Shown: piece after piece, positions 1 through 11,559 of the stretch
Numbering within the stretch: position 1 is the first letter of the stretch
Layout: every line of letters starts with the position of its first letter
Assembly (NCBI GenBank): GCA_951406725.2
Contig: OX597820.1
Span: 39,246,001-39,310,000 of the forward strand
DNA: 64,000 nucleotides
Reading direction: 5' to 3'
Source: Octopus vulgaris
Taxonomy: Eukaryota
The notes under the pieces: generated by a model
The model's database searches: none
Seen by the model: the letters and a program-made list of their open reading frames with translations, nothing else
What the model was told of the DNA's origin: nothing
Program-made: the position numbers and the translations under genes

Positions 1-1423
1 TTCTGGCAACTTCATGATTCCGCACTTATATAACTTCTGGTCCTTATCAGCCAAACACTGAAGCAAGTGCGATTTCAGGTCATCATAATTTTTGAAAATT
101 TCATCCTTCAAAGAATTTTGCAAACTTCGAAATAAATGGTAGTCTGATGGTGCAAGGTCAGGGTTATATGGTGGGTGTGACATCATTTCTCAACCAAACT
201 CCAATAATCTTTTAAGAGTTAGCCAAGATGTGTTTGCTGTAGCGTTGCCATGGTGGAACACAATTCCTTTACTATTTGCCAATTCTGGATATTTTTCTTT
301 GATTACTTCTTCCAGTTTCATACCATGGGTAGTAGTTGTTGAATCGGATATATGCGACAAAGCAATTCTTGAAGAAATATCACAAACAGGAACAGGCATG
401 GCTGTTTATTTAAGAAGCTCAATTTGTAGCTACATCGTCTCAAGTTCCCACCACTTTTCGACCGTTTTACCACTGAGGTTTTGTTTACTTTCCCACAACC
501 TTGCGTTTCGGCAAAAGACACCAATAGAACACGTGCCCGTCTTTAAGAATAAGTATTGCTGTCGATTTGTCCTCCTAAAACCCGTTGACAGTAAACATCT
601 GAATTGATTGTTTGGTTCCTTGGAAGCAGCTCAAAATACACATCACCTTTGTAATACCACTAAATTGACAGCATAACCTTATTTTGATGCAACTCAACTT
701 TTGATGTGGTTTATGCTGGTTCATTACGCTTGGACAACGATCGTTCCCGATTCATGTTATTGTAGACGATCTGTTTTTCATCACCAGTGATGATTCGGTC
801 CAAAATAAGTTCGATTTCATTGCATTTTAGATGCATATCGCAAATATTGATTCGTTGTGTTACGTGAATCACTTCCAATTTATGTGAAACCCAAATACTG
901 AGCTTCTCAACGAGTCCAAGATATTTTAAGCGATTTTCAATTGTCGTGCGCGACACATTTAACCTCTCTGCAATCTCTCGCACAGTTATATGACAATCAG
1001 ATTCAAGTATAGCTTTGATTCGGTCTTCATCAACTTCAGTAGGTCAACCATAACGTTGGTCATCTTTGAGTGAAAAACTCCAGAACGGAATTCTTTAAAC
1101 TATTTCTGACATGTGCGTTCTGTTAAGTACTCAACACCATGAATTTCACATATCTCTCTGTGGGCCTCAGATACCTTCTTGCTTTTATGGAAATAAAAAA
1201 TACAAAATATAGCGAAAATGTAAATTTTTGCACTGCATATTAAACTTAACATTGAACTAACAGCAGCAAACAAAATTACGCATAATTTGCTTCTAAAGTA
1301 AACTAAAAATAATGGTTATCAAATGTCAAAAGGAAAAAAAAATCATACCATTAACAAAAGTCATTAAAAAACTCGTACCTTTATATATTTGCGAAAAACG
1401 AAATTACTTTATTGCCAACACAA
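1..1423 (-). mobile_element. Decayed mariner (DD34D) transposon, running off the left edge of the window
   Basis: Minus-strand fragments: WVSHKL (WVPHEL-like) and IITGDEK in ORF 711-983, IVFHHGNA (HHDNA-like) in ORF 190-399, and HPPYNPDLAPSDYHLFRSL at ~121-185. The 5' end at ~1394-1423 reads TTGTGTTGGCAATAAAGTAATTTCGTTTTT on the minus strand, resembles a mariner TIR and is bounded by TA. Contains stops and frameshifts. Confidence 0.9.
482..585 (+). mobile_element. Old SINE fragment inserted in the mariner ORF
   Basis: gtttactttcccacaaccttgcgtttcggcaaaagacaccaatagaac...aagaataagt aligns by eye with the 3' part of the SINE at 2696-2775 and interrupts the transposase reading frame. Confidence 0.65.
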
Positions 1424-1434
1424 TATATATATTT

Positions 1435-1590
1435 TTCTCTCTCTGCTTATTTCTGCGTTCTTTTCTGTTGAAGAGCGTAGGCTCGAAACGTAAAAGACTT
1501 TCTCACTTCCCGAACGTTAAATTAATACACCTGTTTGTTGTTTACACACCCGTCTTCGTCTTTTGTTTTATTTTTTTGTAAATTCCAAAT
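1435..1590 (+). mobile_element. Penelope-like terminal-repeat fragment (family A) with a hammerhead-like motif
   Basis: Homologous to minus-strand copies at ~28558-28735 and ~29478-29625. All three abut (TA)n. Contains CTGTTGA-A-GAGC-GTAG-GCTC-GAAA-CG-TA-AAAGA. Confidence 0.55.
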
Positions 1591-1619
1591 ATATATGTGT
1601 ATATATATATATGTGTGTG

Positions 1620-1651
<32 letters not shown>

Positions 1652-1672
1652 GAGAGAGAGAGATAGACAGAC

Positions 1673-1734
<62 letters not shown>

Positions 1735-1852
1735 GTGCATATATATATATATATATGCATGTATTTATGTATGTATGTATGTATGTATGTATGTATGTAT
1801 GTATGTATGTATGTATGTATGTATGTATGTATGTATGTATGTGTATATATAT
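1589..1852. repeat. Compound microsatellite (TA)n/(GA)n/(TATG)n
   Basis: Directly visible. It accounts for the YI/HT/CV pseudo-ORFs here. Confidence 0.97.
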
Positions 1853-2404
1853 GTTTAAAAATGCATATCGTAGTATTGTACAGATTTGATTGTATTTACT
1901 TCTGCATAATTGCATACAGAAGTCTATATGAGTGTATGTGCATATGTAAACAAGCTAAACTTATAATGTTTTACACATAATTGCACAGCTAATAATGGCT
2001 TTTAATTGAAATTTCTTAATTAGCTATTTGATTTCTGGTTTTGTGAAACGCAGTTTCTCATGTCTGGTGCTGAGATAGTTAGTTATATAACCAAATACTT
2101 CAATAATCACAGGTATTAATATATATTTACCGTCCAGATAGCCTATCAGCAGACTTCTCATTAGTTCGGCATAGAAGTCTTGTGTTTATTCTTATATTTA
2201 ACATACTCCGTCTTTTCGCTGTCTCAGATCGATTGTTTGTATGTAATCTTCCTTATATAATTATTTGGATATTACCTTTAAGGGAGGAGCTAGTATATAT
2301 TTATGTATCTGTTTTCAGATGTATTTATGTATATGTATGCAAGCATGGAAGTCATTCCATGCGTGATACAGTATGTTTAGATTCATGAATATATACACAT
2401 AGTA

Positions 2405-2575
2405 GGCGTAGGAGTGGCTGTGTGATAAGTAGCTTGCTTACGAACCTCATGGTTCCGGGTTCAGTCCTACTGTGTGGCACCTTGGGCAAGTGTCTTCTAC
2501 TATAGCCTCGGGCCGACCAAAGCCTTGTGAGTGGATTTGGTAAACGGAAACTAAAAGAAGCCTGTCGTATATATG

Positions 2576-2627
<52 letters not shown>

Positions 2628-2838
2628 TGTGCGTGTGTGTGTATGTTTGTGTGTCTGTGTTTGTCCCCAACATCGCTTGGCAACTGATGCTGGTGTGTTT
2701 ACGTCCCCATAACTTAGCGCTTCGGCAAAAAGAGACCGATAGAATTAGTACTAGGCTTACAAAGAATAAGTCCTATAGTTGACTAAATGCGTTGCTCCAG
2801 CTTGGCCACAGTTAAATGACTGAAACAAGTAAAAGAGA
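2405..2838 (+). mobile_element. tRNA-derived SINE (family 1) with an internal (TA)/(TG) microsatellite
   Basis: A-box-like GTGGCTGTGTGATAAG, B-box-like GGGTTCAGTCC, central CCTTGGGCAAGTGTC and tail AATGACTGAAACAAGTAAAAGAG. Related copies lie at ~30091-30325 (+), 42215-42590 (+), 41448-41583 (-), 39330-39410 (-) and 62945-63080 (-). Confidence 0.88.
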
Positions 2839-3883
2839 CATATACTTGTATGTTTACATATATATATATATATATTTATTTTAGGCTAAGCTTTTGCAAT
2901 ACATTACATATTGAAAATTCAATTTATGGTTTTTAACTGTAATGTCTTAATTCGCTGTATCCTTTCTGGGTTTAAGAAAAGCAGCTTCACATGTCTGATG
3001 CCGATACAGTCACTTTCATAACCAAGTAACCCCAATCATTACAGATATAAATGAATAGCGACAGTTTGGTTTAGATTTGTTCAGATATTTTCTTCTCTAC
3101 CTGTTAACGTTTTTAACTTGTTAACTTCTGCTGGACCACTTGATTTCTATTACTGCGCAAAATTGTATGCGGGTTTGTATTTATGTATGTACGTATGATA
3201 GCATTCGTGTACGTATGAAAATGTATATGTGTGGCTATGCACACTTGTATGAATATGTGTCTATATTCAATAAATTTGGAAGTATGAATCTAAAGCATCA
3301 GCATTAAAGATGACAGGTGCTTTGGACACCTTGCTTTTCCAATATCAAATCGCATGGCATAATTCTTGCGAAGAATTGATTTTTCCACTGTTTCTATGTG
3401 TAAGTTATGTCGATGAAAAGGCAGAGGAATCAAAATCCGATAGAATATGGCAAGTTACAGCACTCAATTTATGTCCTTTGGCGTCTAAATCTGGCACTTA
3501 GATTGTATTTGCATTTAGAAAAATCTGTCCATTTTTGTCTTCGTAATATGTGGAAGACAGGAATTCGAATATTTTTTCAGCTGAGTCGATCAGTTTGATT
3601 ATATCAGTTGATGTATATCTCTATGCGGCAGATTCTGAGAGCTGGTATGTCTGTTTTTGTGTGTGGAAGAATGTGTGTTTTTCTTCGTTTTTATTGTTGT
3701 GCTTATGTTCTTATGTGTGTATATCTTTTCAGATTACGTGCACATTGCACATGTTTTGTATATGCCAGTATGTGTACGTATGTTAGTACGCGCGTATTTT
3801 GCGAGCTGATCCTTTTTTTGCATGCTTTTATGTGTTTATAAGAGTGCGTGTGCGCATGAAGAGAAATATATATATATATATAT

Positions 3884-4023
3884 ATATATTAGAAGAAATA
3901 AGGTACTCAGAAATCTGGATGGCTTTATATTTACACATTATTATTAATATGTCACATGTTTTTATAAATCATATATTAGCGCTTGCATCCACTCTAGTGG
4001 ATCCTTATTTCTTCTAATATATA
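3884..4023. repeat. Short inverted-repeat element next to (TA)n
   Basis: atatattagaagaaataagg (3884-3903) is the reverse complement of ccttatttcttctaatatat (4003-4022). The left part matches 22131-22195. Confidence 0.6.
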
Positions 4024-4383
4024 ATACGTGTACATCATCTCCAAACCTTCTAATATATCTACTTATAAGAATTTACGATAAACAAGTTTATATAAATTAT
4101 TCCTTCGTACGTTTTACCATCGTGGTCGTTTGAACACTGCTATGGATCTTCCAGTTACAATTGAATACATAACCACATTGTACATAGAAACAATTAATAT
4201 CATCCTGTGTTTATCGTAATTTAACTTTTTGTGTATATCATAACTAGTAACACTAATAAGTATAGTATTAGATTAACCACCATACTAGAATATGTTTGGC
4301 GGTGATGATCTACGTACAGTTCTGAACATAATAGTAGAAGCCGTACATCTATTTGTACACACAAGATACTCTGTGTATATGTG

Positions 4384-4434
<51 letters not shown>

Positions 4435-4855
4435 TAGCATTAAAGACCCGTCGTTGCCGGGTCATAGTGCTAGTGCATGTATATATGTGTATATATATGT
4501 GTACATATTACATGTACATCTATATATATACATCTACACATAAAATGCAAAATACAAAGTTATATCTTGATATCGCTAGTGATAACAATACTCAAAATAT
4601 ATAACAGACTGGAATTGTCTTATTATTACCCACAAGGGGCGAACATAGAGGGGACAATACAATCTGATGTGGGGTCAGATATACGAATGGGTTTACAAAA
4701 AAGGCGAATTTAAGAGTTTACAAAAATTACAAAAATAGAAAAAATCGAATGGAGAACAGACCGGAAGACATTACGGATGGAGTGGGAGCGGGTTTAGCTT
4801 GGACCCCACGAGCCCTGCCTCCCCACTGATACTTTGGTTTCGTCTATGTTTACAT

Positions 4856-5944
4856 TTATGTGGTATCATCCACTCGCAACTTTCGTGCTACATCTTTCCA
4901 TCGTTCTTCATACACTCTCTTAGTCAGGCATTTTCTCTCCAGCCCTATCTTCCTTTTCAGGTGAAAAATGAAGTAATTCATCAAACCAGGGCCGGAGATG
5001 AACTTGCCTGACCGTAAACCTTTCATTCTCGTCTTCCATATCACCTCTTTCGCAATTGCTACTACAACGAGAAAACAATTCTTACCTTCTTTCGCGAGGA
5101 AATCTGGTGGGTCAATTTTTGTAATAGACTCAGTCGACAGCTGTACTCTTCGTGTGCTTGACAACAGCTGTTCGGCATAAACCCACACCTCAGACACGAC
5201 CGAACAATGAACAATAGCGTGCGGGACGGTTTCCCTATCCCGCTCGCAACTTGGACATATCGGACTGTCTTGGCCACCGTGCCTTGCGAGTTTAGCCCGA
5301 ACAGGTAGAGCTCCTCTGTAGCATTGCCATGCCAGAGACTTCTGGAAGTTGTCCAGTGTCTTCGGCTCGAACGTATGTCGGAACAGACTGGCCAGCTGAT
5401 TATCGTCGAGACCTAGGGTTTCCCCCAAGGTATCTTCACATTCCGCCTCTACCAACCCTCTATAGAAGAATGTGGTGGAACCCCCACCGCAGCCGTTGCC
5501 CGAGCGACGGAATAGCAGGAGAGCCTTGCGACACTCCGTGTACCATGTGCCCAGTTTCGATCTACGATTCAGCCAGGTTTCCCATCCACCGAAACTAGTG
5601 AACTTGGGAAACATCAGTTTTGCTAGCGGAGACCACACCCGTTCACCATCCAGGTAGAGCCACAGATGTCTTAACCTCAGCGCATGTCTGCGCATCATCA
5701 GCCAAGGCATCCCTAGCCCACCCTTTAACGGTTGTTGACAGCAAGTAGAGCGTTTCACAAGTGGTTTCCCGCCCTTCCACAAGAAGTAGAAGAGCTGTCT
5801 TTCCAACTTGATCAACCACGAATCAGGGCAAGGAACGACGGAAAGGCGGTAGGTGATAACCGATGCGATAAACACATTGGCTACCTCCGCCCTCCCTTTC
5901 AGGGATAGCCACCGCCAAGACCAGGTCTTGGTTACTGCAGCCAC
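4856..5944 (-). pseudogene. LINE ORF2 C-terminal segment (post-RT region plus zf-RVT-like CxxC...HxxxxC)
   Basis: WSWRWLSLKGRAEVANVFI, FLWKG, GGLGMP, CPSCERDRETVPHAIVHC and IWKTR are typical of L1/Tx1 ORF2 C-termini. Confidence 0.9.
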
Positions 5945-6107
5945 CCTGCTCGATACCTCGCCTCAATTCTTCTCTATTTGGAGGTCTGGACAGAACCAAA
6001 CCCCTAGCAACTTAATCGGACCTTCCGTCCAACGTCCCACGACGCTGTCAGGAGGCATCGACTTGCCTCTTCAGGTACCGAGTTGCAAGCCGACTGACTT
6101 TTCGCGA

Positions 6108-6767
6108 TTAACTTTTTGCTCCTGTCACCGTCTCGTAAACCTCTATGGCCTTGCCTACTTTACGTAGGTGATCCATTTCGGTTACGATGATGGTGATGTC
6201 ATCCGCGTACGCTGACACCGATTTTCCACTACCTGGCTGTCTCGGGATGCCGCTCAGTTTTCGCAGTAATGGCTCAAGAGCCATCACGTACAAAATCGGG
6301 GAGAGCGGACACCCTTGACGAACCGAGCGCTTGATGTTGAACGGCTTCGACAAGAAGCCGTTCACCCGAACTACCGAGTCGATGTTCTCGTAAATTTGGA
6401 TAATCCACCTGAGGAAGCCAAGGCCCAGCCCGAACTGTGCCAGGGCAGATACCAGGTAGCGATGGTCGACCCTATCGAATGCTTTAGATTGGTCTAAATG
6501 GACCAGTTCCCCACCCTTGCCAGAATCACTATTAAACCCCTCTATAGTGTACCGCATAAGATGGAGATTATCCTGAATGGTTCTGCCGGGAACGGCACAT
6601 GGCTGTGCCTCCCCGATCAGACCATCTGCGACACGCGCCAATCTTTTCGATAAAACTTTGGCCAAAATCTTCAACTCTGTGTTTAGCAGAGTGATGGGCC
6701 TGAAATTATCAATGCACTCCCCCTTGCTCGGGTCCTTTCTGACGAGTGTCACTACTCCCCGGCGCAC
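6108..6767 (-). pseudogene. LINE ORF2 reverse transcriptase core
   Basis: NFRPITLLNTELKILAK, LDQSKAFDRVDH, VRQGCPLSPILY and AYADD. Frameshifts on both sides. Confidence 0.96.
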
Positions 6768-6870
6768 AGATCTGGGTATTAACCCGTTCTGCTGCCAGTT
6801 CGCATAGACCTCCCCAGTGGGTGCCCGAACAAGTCTGGCATACTCTTATATAACTCATAGGGTAGACCAT

Positions 6871-8079
6871 CTAAACCCGGCGCCTTGCCCACGCCGCAGT
6901 CCGCCATCGCTTCAACCACCTCCCCAGGCGTGATTGGCCCTTCACAGCCCTCCGCATCTCGCCCCGATAAAGCGCGGCAGCCTGTCGAAGGAGGTCCGTA
7001 AAGGCCCTCCTCCTATCCAGTCCGCTGCACTCACCGAAAAGCTGAGCGAAGTGCTCCTGAAAGGCCTCACACATCTGGTTTAACGCCGGTCTCTTGGCCG
7101 TCACCTGAACCGCAGAGCCAGTTTTCAAGGCTTCCTCTAATTCCTTAACTACAGTAGATTCCCTCCTAACCTCTCTAGCCACTAATCCTATGCTATATCT
7201 AATAGACTCGAATTTGATGGCTCGCTTGAGGGCATACCACCATTTGTTATTAATGATGGCACCAGATAGCGCCCTCTGGATTATTGTCCTAATCCGGTCT
7301 CTGTACTCCTTAATCGCCAAAAGGGACGTATTAAGTTTCCAGTAACCGGAGCCCCTATTTTTAACCTTATCTATGTCAAGCTTACAGGTGACCATTTTAT
7401 GATCACTGTAGCTGACCAGGTAAAACTTTGGACACTTAGCTATTTTTCTGTCTACTTTTCTAATTAATATCCTATCTATAAATGACCTGGAAGATCCGTC
7501 GCTGTTTGACCATGTCCACAATGGAGCGTTCGGAAATTCCAACCTATAAGGATCTGCTAGCTCAAAGTGGCTTAGCAGTTCCAGGAAGCCAATGTTACCT
7601 TTTCTATCTGGACGCAAGCCAACACAATCTACATCCGTTTTGCAAATTGTGTTAAAGTCTCCTAGCACAACTAATGAATGCGAAGTACCAAGAAAGTTTT
7701 CCAGTTCTCGAAAATAATCACTTTGCCCTTTTTGGTTGGGTGTGTAAATTGCAACCAGTCTGATAACTTTACCGTTACCGAACGTCAAATCCATGACGAC
7801 CAGCCTACCTTCTGGGTCTGAAAAAATTAACTTTTTCTCAAAAACCCGGTTTCTTTTTAATAGGACCAATACCCCACCCCCGCCTGTAGGACTGGCCGGA
7901 GAGAAAAAACTCTCGTAGCCGTCAAACAGTGGGAGTAGACCTCTTGGCCCCTCTAACCGGGTTTCTGTAGCAACAATAACATCCAAATTACGCGACCTTA
8001 TATCATTAAGGAAGCGACATTGCTTCCAGCTTGATCCCAGGCCGCACACATTTAAACAACCAACATAAATGCAATCCAT
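6871..8079 (-). pseudogene. LINE ORF2 apurinic-like endonuclease domain and linker
   Basis: LNVCGL, ATET, AIYTPN, LGDFN, WTWSN...SFIDRIL, SDH and GSGYWKLNTSLL. Confidence 0.95.
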
Positions 8080-8271
8080 GACTTACCTTATATCAGTAGT
8101 TCGACTTGTTCGACTTGTTTTTCTTCTTCTTCTTCACTTTTATTTTTTTCCTGGGTTCGTGGGGGAGTCCGACGCAGGCCCTCGTATAAATATGGAGATA
8201 TGTCCAATCTCAGAGGGCCCACGTCGTGAAAGAATTCGGATTTTATCCGTCCGTAATCCTTCCGGCCTATT

Positions 8272-9453
8272 CTATAAACAATACAAGTCTTTTGTTTTTT
8301 TAATTTTCTCCACCTTGGCCATGGCTGCCAAAACGTTAATTAGCCTGTTGTTGGCAGCCTTAATGGCCATAAATGTATTCGTCGCTTCTTTCCTCTTTTT
8401 TTGGCTCTCTTTCTGAGGGGTGGTTTCTGTTTTCCGTTTTTTTGGGGGGTAATTTTTGACCACCCCTCCTCTTTTTCCTTTTCTTCACCACTTGTTGTTT
8501 CTGTTGCTTCTTTGGTTTCTGTAGTTTCTGGTGTTTTCTCTTCTGTTTTCTCTTCTGTTTTTTCTTTTTCTGGCGGTGCTGCTTCCTGCGGTCTAGGTTG
8601 GCACTCCGCTCTCACGTGCCCTTTTTTACCGCAGCCGAAGCACCTCGGCTTTCTGCCCTCCACAAACACAAACACCCTCTCCTCCTCGCTGATCCTCAAT
8701 ATCTCTGGAATTTCTTCCAACGTCTGGACCTCCGCCTGTATCGCCATTGAGATGCATTGACCTTGCCAATACTCCTCCTCCTCTACTGTAGCCTGGAGGA
8801 TAGTGATCTTGTCCTCCAGGCCTAACAACACTGCCACCACTAGGCATGTGGCATCCGCTTCTGGCGGAATATTTTTTATTAATATTCTTGAGGTCCTTCT
8901 GCCTCTGTACAGGGGGAGGAGGATTATATTCTCCGCTTTTAGAGGTTCGGTTGATAGCTTCTTGGCTATCTCCTCAGTCCTGAACCTCACCTCAGCCGTT
9001 CCAAATTTTCTGCCACGGTTTATATACGTGATGTCCTTCCATATTGTCTTTAGACAATTCTCGATTTTTTCTCTTCCACTCTTTGAATGGTTTTCATCGT
9101 CGTATTGTATGTTTTGTAAATAATCCTTCTGTTATCTACTTCCTCTGTCTTTTTGACGTCTGGTATCACTGTTACTTCATTACCTTCCTTTTTCAAACAT
9201 GCTGCATATTTTTCTAAGTTGCTTTTATCCGTGTTGATTTTTTTCTGTTTTTTCCTGCAACTTCTGCGAACTTCTTCGCTGGGGCTTCTTCTATTTTCGG
9301 CGTCACCGCCGGTGAAATTTCTTCCCCTGATACAGGTGAATAGGAGATTGGAGTCTCCATCTCTGGATGGGCCTTTTCAATTGGCTTTAACAAGCCTTCA
9401 AAAAAAGAATTCTGGCTTCGCAAGCCTTTTATGTGTATTTTAAACTGTTGCAC
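8272..9453 (-). pseudogene. LINE ORF1 (Gag-like nucleic-acid-binding protein with CCHC knuckle), frameshifted
   Basis: Pieces at 9214-9453, ~8990-9220, 8340-8990 and 8272-8463. VEGRKPRCFGCGKKGHVRAEC (CX2CX4HX4C) is followed by an E/K/T-rich tail. Confidence 0.88.
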
Positions 9454-9634
9454 AATAATTGTTTCACAACAATTCCCCCGCAGGGGGGAATTTTAATACG
9501 TAGCCTTCGCGCGAAGGCTAATAACAGTTTTACACAAAATACACAATATATAAAACAAAGTAACAATAATTAACTTAACAAACCGGTAATAAACAGCAAT
9601 CGACAAAACAGACTGGCGTATAACAGACTGGAAT

Positions 9635-11549
9635 TGTTTTATTCCTACCCACAAGGGGCAACATAGAGGGGACAATACAATCGGGAAAAATAAAATAATG
9701 AATTATGAAGTTTGTACAATGTGGTGTAATGCCCACTCGATCCCCGAAATCGAGCGGTTACATTTCGTCATTTTTTTATTACGTCAACAATATTTTCCAA
9801 ATAAAAACATTTTACACATTTTCAACAAACATTTCAACAATCTTAGAAAGTTCAACGTATTTTTTTTCAGAATTTAAAGTTCTTTTTATCATTTCCAAAT
9901 TAAAGTTTTCACAATACCTTTTCTTTTATATATACTCCATTATCTCTACCAAATCTTGGTAAATTTCCATCATTCGTGGCCACCTTGTAAGTCGGCATTT
10001 CATATGTTTTGACACGTTCTTGCCAGCTGCCTCGATGAACGCCTCAGCGTCGTTCTCGTGGACGAGTGCACCCGTTTCTTTCCATTCGGTGCCCATCCTG
10101 ACCCACGTATATCCATTTGTTACGTTTATTAAATCTTCCATCTCCTCACAGTGCCTGTGATGGATCAATGTTCCATAGTATTTGAATTTTCTATTCGTAC
10201 CTGCATTTTCTCTAGTTTTTCTCTTAGGACTTACTTCCTCTTTTTTCTCCTCTCTCGGTTTCTCTCTTTCTCTCTTTTTGCTTTCTCTTCTTTCTTTTTC
10301 CTTCTCTTGTCTTTTTGGCTCTTTGTCTGTCGTCTCTCTACCCTGTGCCTTATGTTCCTTTCCTGTTGTTTCTTTTCCTTTTTGCATACCATCTTTTCCT
10401 TTCTCTTGGTTCTGTCCCTTCTCTTGTTCTTTTCCTGTTTTTTCTCTTTCCTTTAATGTACTTTCCTTTTCTTTCTCTTGCTTCTGCCTTGGCTCCTTCT
10501 CCACTACTTCTCCACCCTGTGAATTTTGTTCCTTTTCTACTATCTTCTTCCCTTTGTTTTCATTGTCCTTCAGTGCGCTGTTACTTCCCTTCTCTTGTAG
10601 TTTCTCCGTTATTTCCTTTTCCTTGTTTTCGCTGTTCTTTCCTTCGTGTTCTTTTTCCTTCTCTCCACTTTGTGTCTCTTTTTGCTCCGCTGTGAATTCA
10701 TACAGCGGACATTCCTTTTTTATGTGCCCTCTTGACCCGCACAAGTAGCAATTCGGTTTTCTCCCCTCCACAATTACACTAATTGTTTTCTCGTTTTCTA
10801 TTTCTATTTGGAAGGGAAACCTTTCGATATCTTCCATTGTGGCCATCAGCCACAACTCTACTCCGAATCCCTTCCAATTTACAACGTTGCTCTCCTTGAC
10901 TGACCCTATTTCTACTTCCTCCTTTGCTGACCCTAGAATGGCTGTTACCAGCATTTCTGTTTTTATTTCTGGGGGCACCTTTGGGACTCTTACCCGTACC
11001 CCTCGTCTTCCTTTATACGTCGGCCACATAGTGAAATTTTCGGCTTTCAAACAGTGGAAGCTAATGAGGCCGCCACTTCCTTTGTTGCGCATCTCACCTC
11101 CACCGTACCATATTTCTTACCTCTGTCTACAAAAGTCGCTTTTTTCATAATGTCCCCCAGACATTTCTCTATTTCTTCAATCGTCACTCTCACCAGTTTT
11201 CTCGTGTTCCTATATTGCGTTCTATACGTTATCGTCTTGTTATTTCTCTCCTCTATTGTTTCAACAGGCGGGACCAGCTTCACGCTGTCACCCTCCCTTT
11301 TGACGAACTTCTCGTATTCCTTCAATTGTTCTTTTCTAAAGAACACTTCTCTTATTCTAAGAGACTCATCCCTTTTTGTTGTGGCGACCCCCGTGTAAGT
11401 CTTCATGACTAAGGGGTCAACACACCTTCTATAAAAGGTTCAAACACGCAGCGGCAGACGCCTCGTGCGATTCAATTTTTTGACAATTTTTTAACAGTTT
11501 TTTTTCCAAATTTTTCACATACAAAATAACTAACCAACACACTCAATGA
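9635..11549 (-). mobile_element. ORF1-only non-autonomous retroelement ('half-Tx1'), copy 1
   Basis: Consists of a short 5' UTR, one Gag-like ORF and a 3' UTR ending in the LINE-like tail. No APE or RT. Bounded by AGACTGGAAT (9625-9634) and AGACTGCAAT (11550-11559). Confidence 0.88.
9926..11406 (-). CDS. ORF1/Gag-like CCHC protein (~490 aa reconstructed), one frameshift near 11050
   Basis: ORFs 11047-11406 and 9926-11092 join when compared with copy 2. Contains VEGRKPNCYLCGSRGHIKKEC, a long K/E/Q-rich linker and a ~85-aa C-terminal domain (FKYYGTLIHHRHCEEMEDL...EIMEYI). Confidence 0.8.
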
Positions 11550-11559
11550 AGACTGCAAT

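Larger units (their letters stand above)
4616..9618 (-). mobile_element. Tx1/L1-clade non-LTR retrotransposon, near full length, frameshifted
   Basis: Domain order is ORF1 (CCHC), APE, RT, C-terminal Cys/His. Flanked by the exact direct repeat TATAACAGACTGGAAT (4600-4615 and 9619-9634). The 3' tail is ...CCCCTCTATGTTCGCCCCTTGTGGGTAATAATAAGACA. Confidence 0.93.

Noticed and set aside
1522-1980. Many ORFs rich in YI/HT/CV repeats here and across the window (for example 19000-19485, 40760-41205, 45669-46009)
   Set aside because: They are translations of (TA)n, (CA)n and (TATG)n microsatellites, not genes.
10151-10748. F/S/L-rich, membrane-protein-like plus-strand ORFs (also 12106-12673 and 8401-8760)
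   Set aside because: They are antisense shadows of the K/E-rich ORF1 linker on the minus strand.
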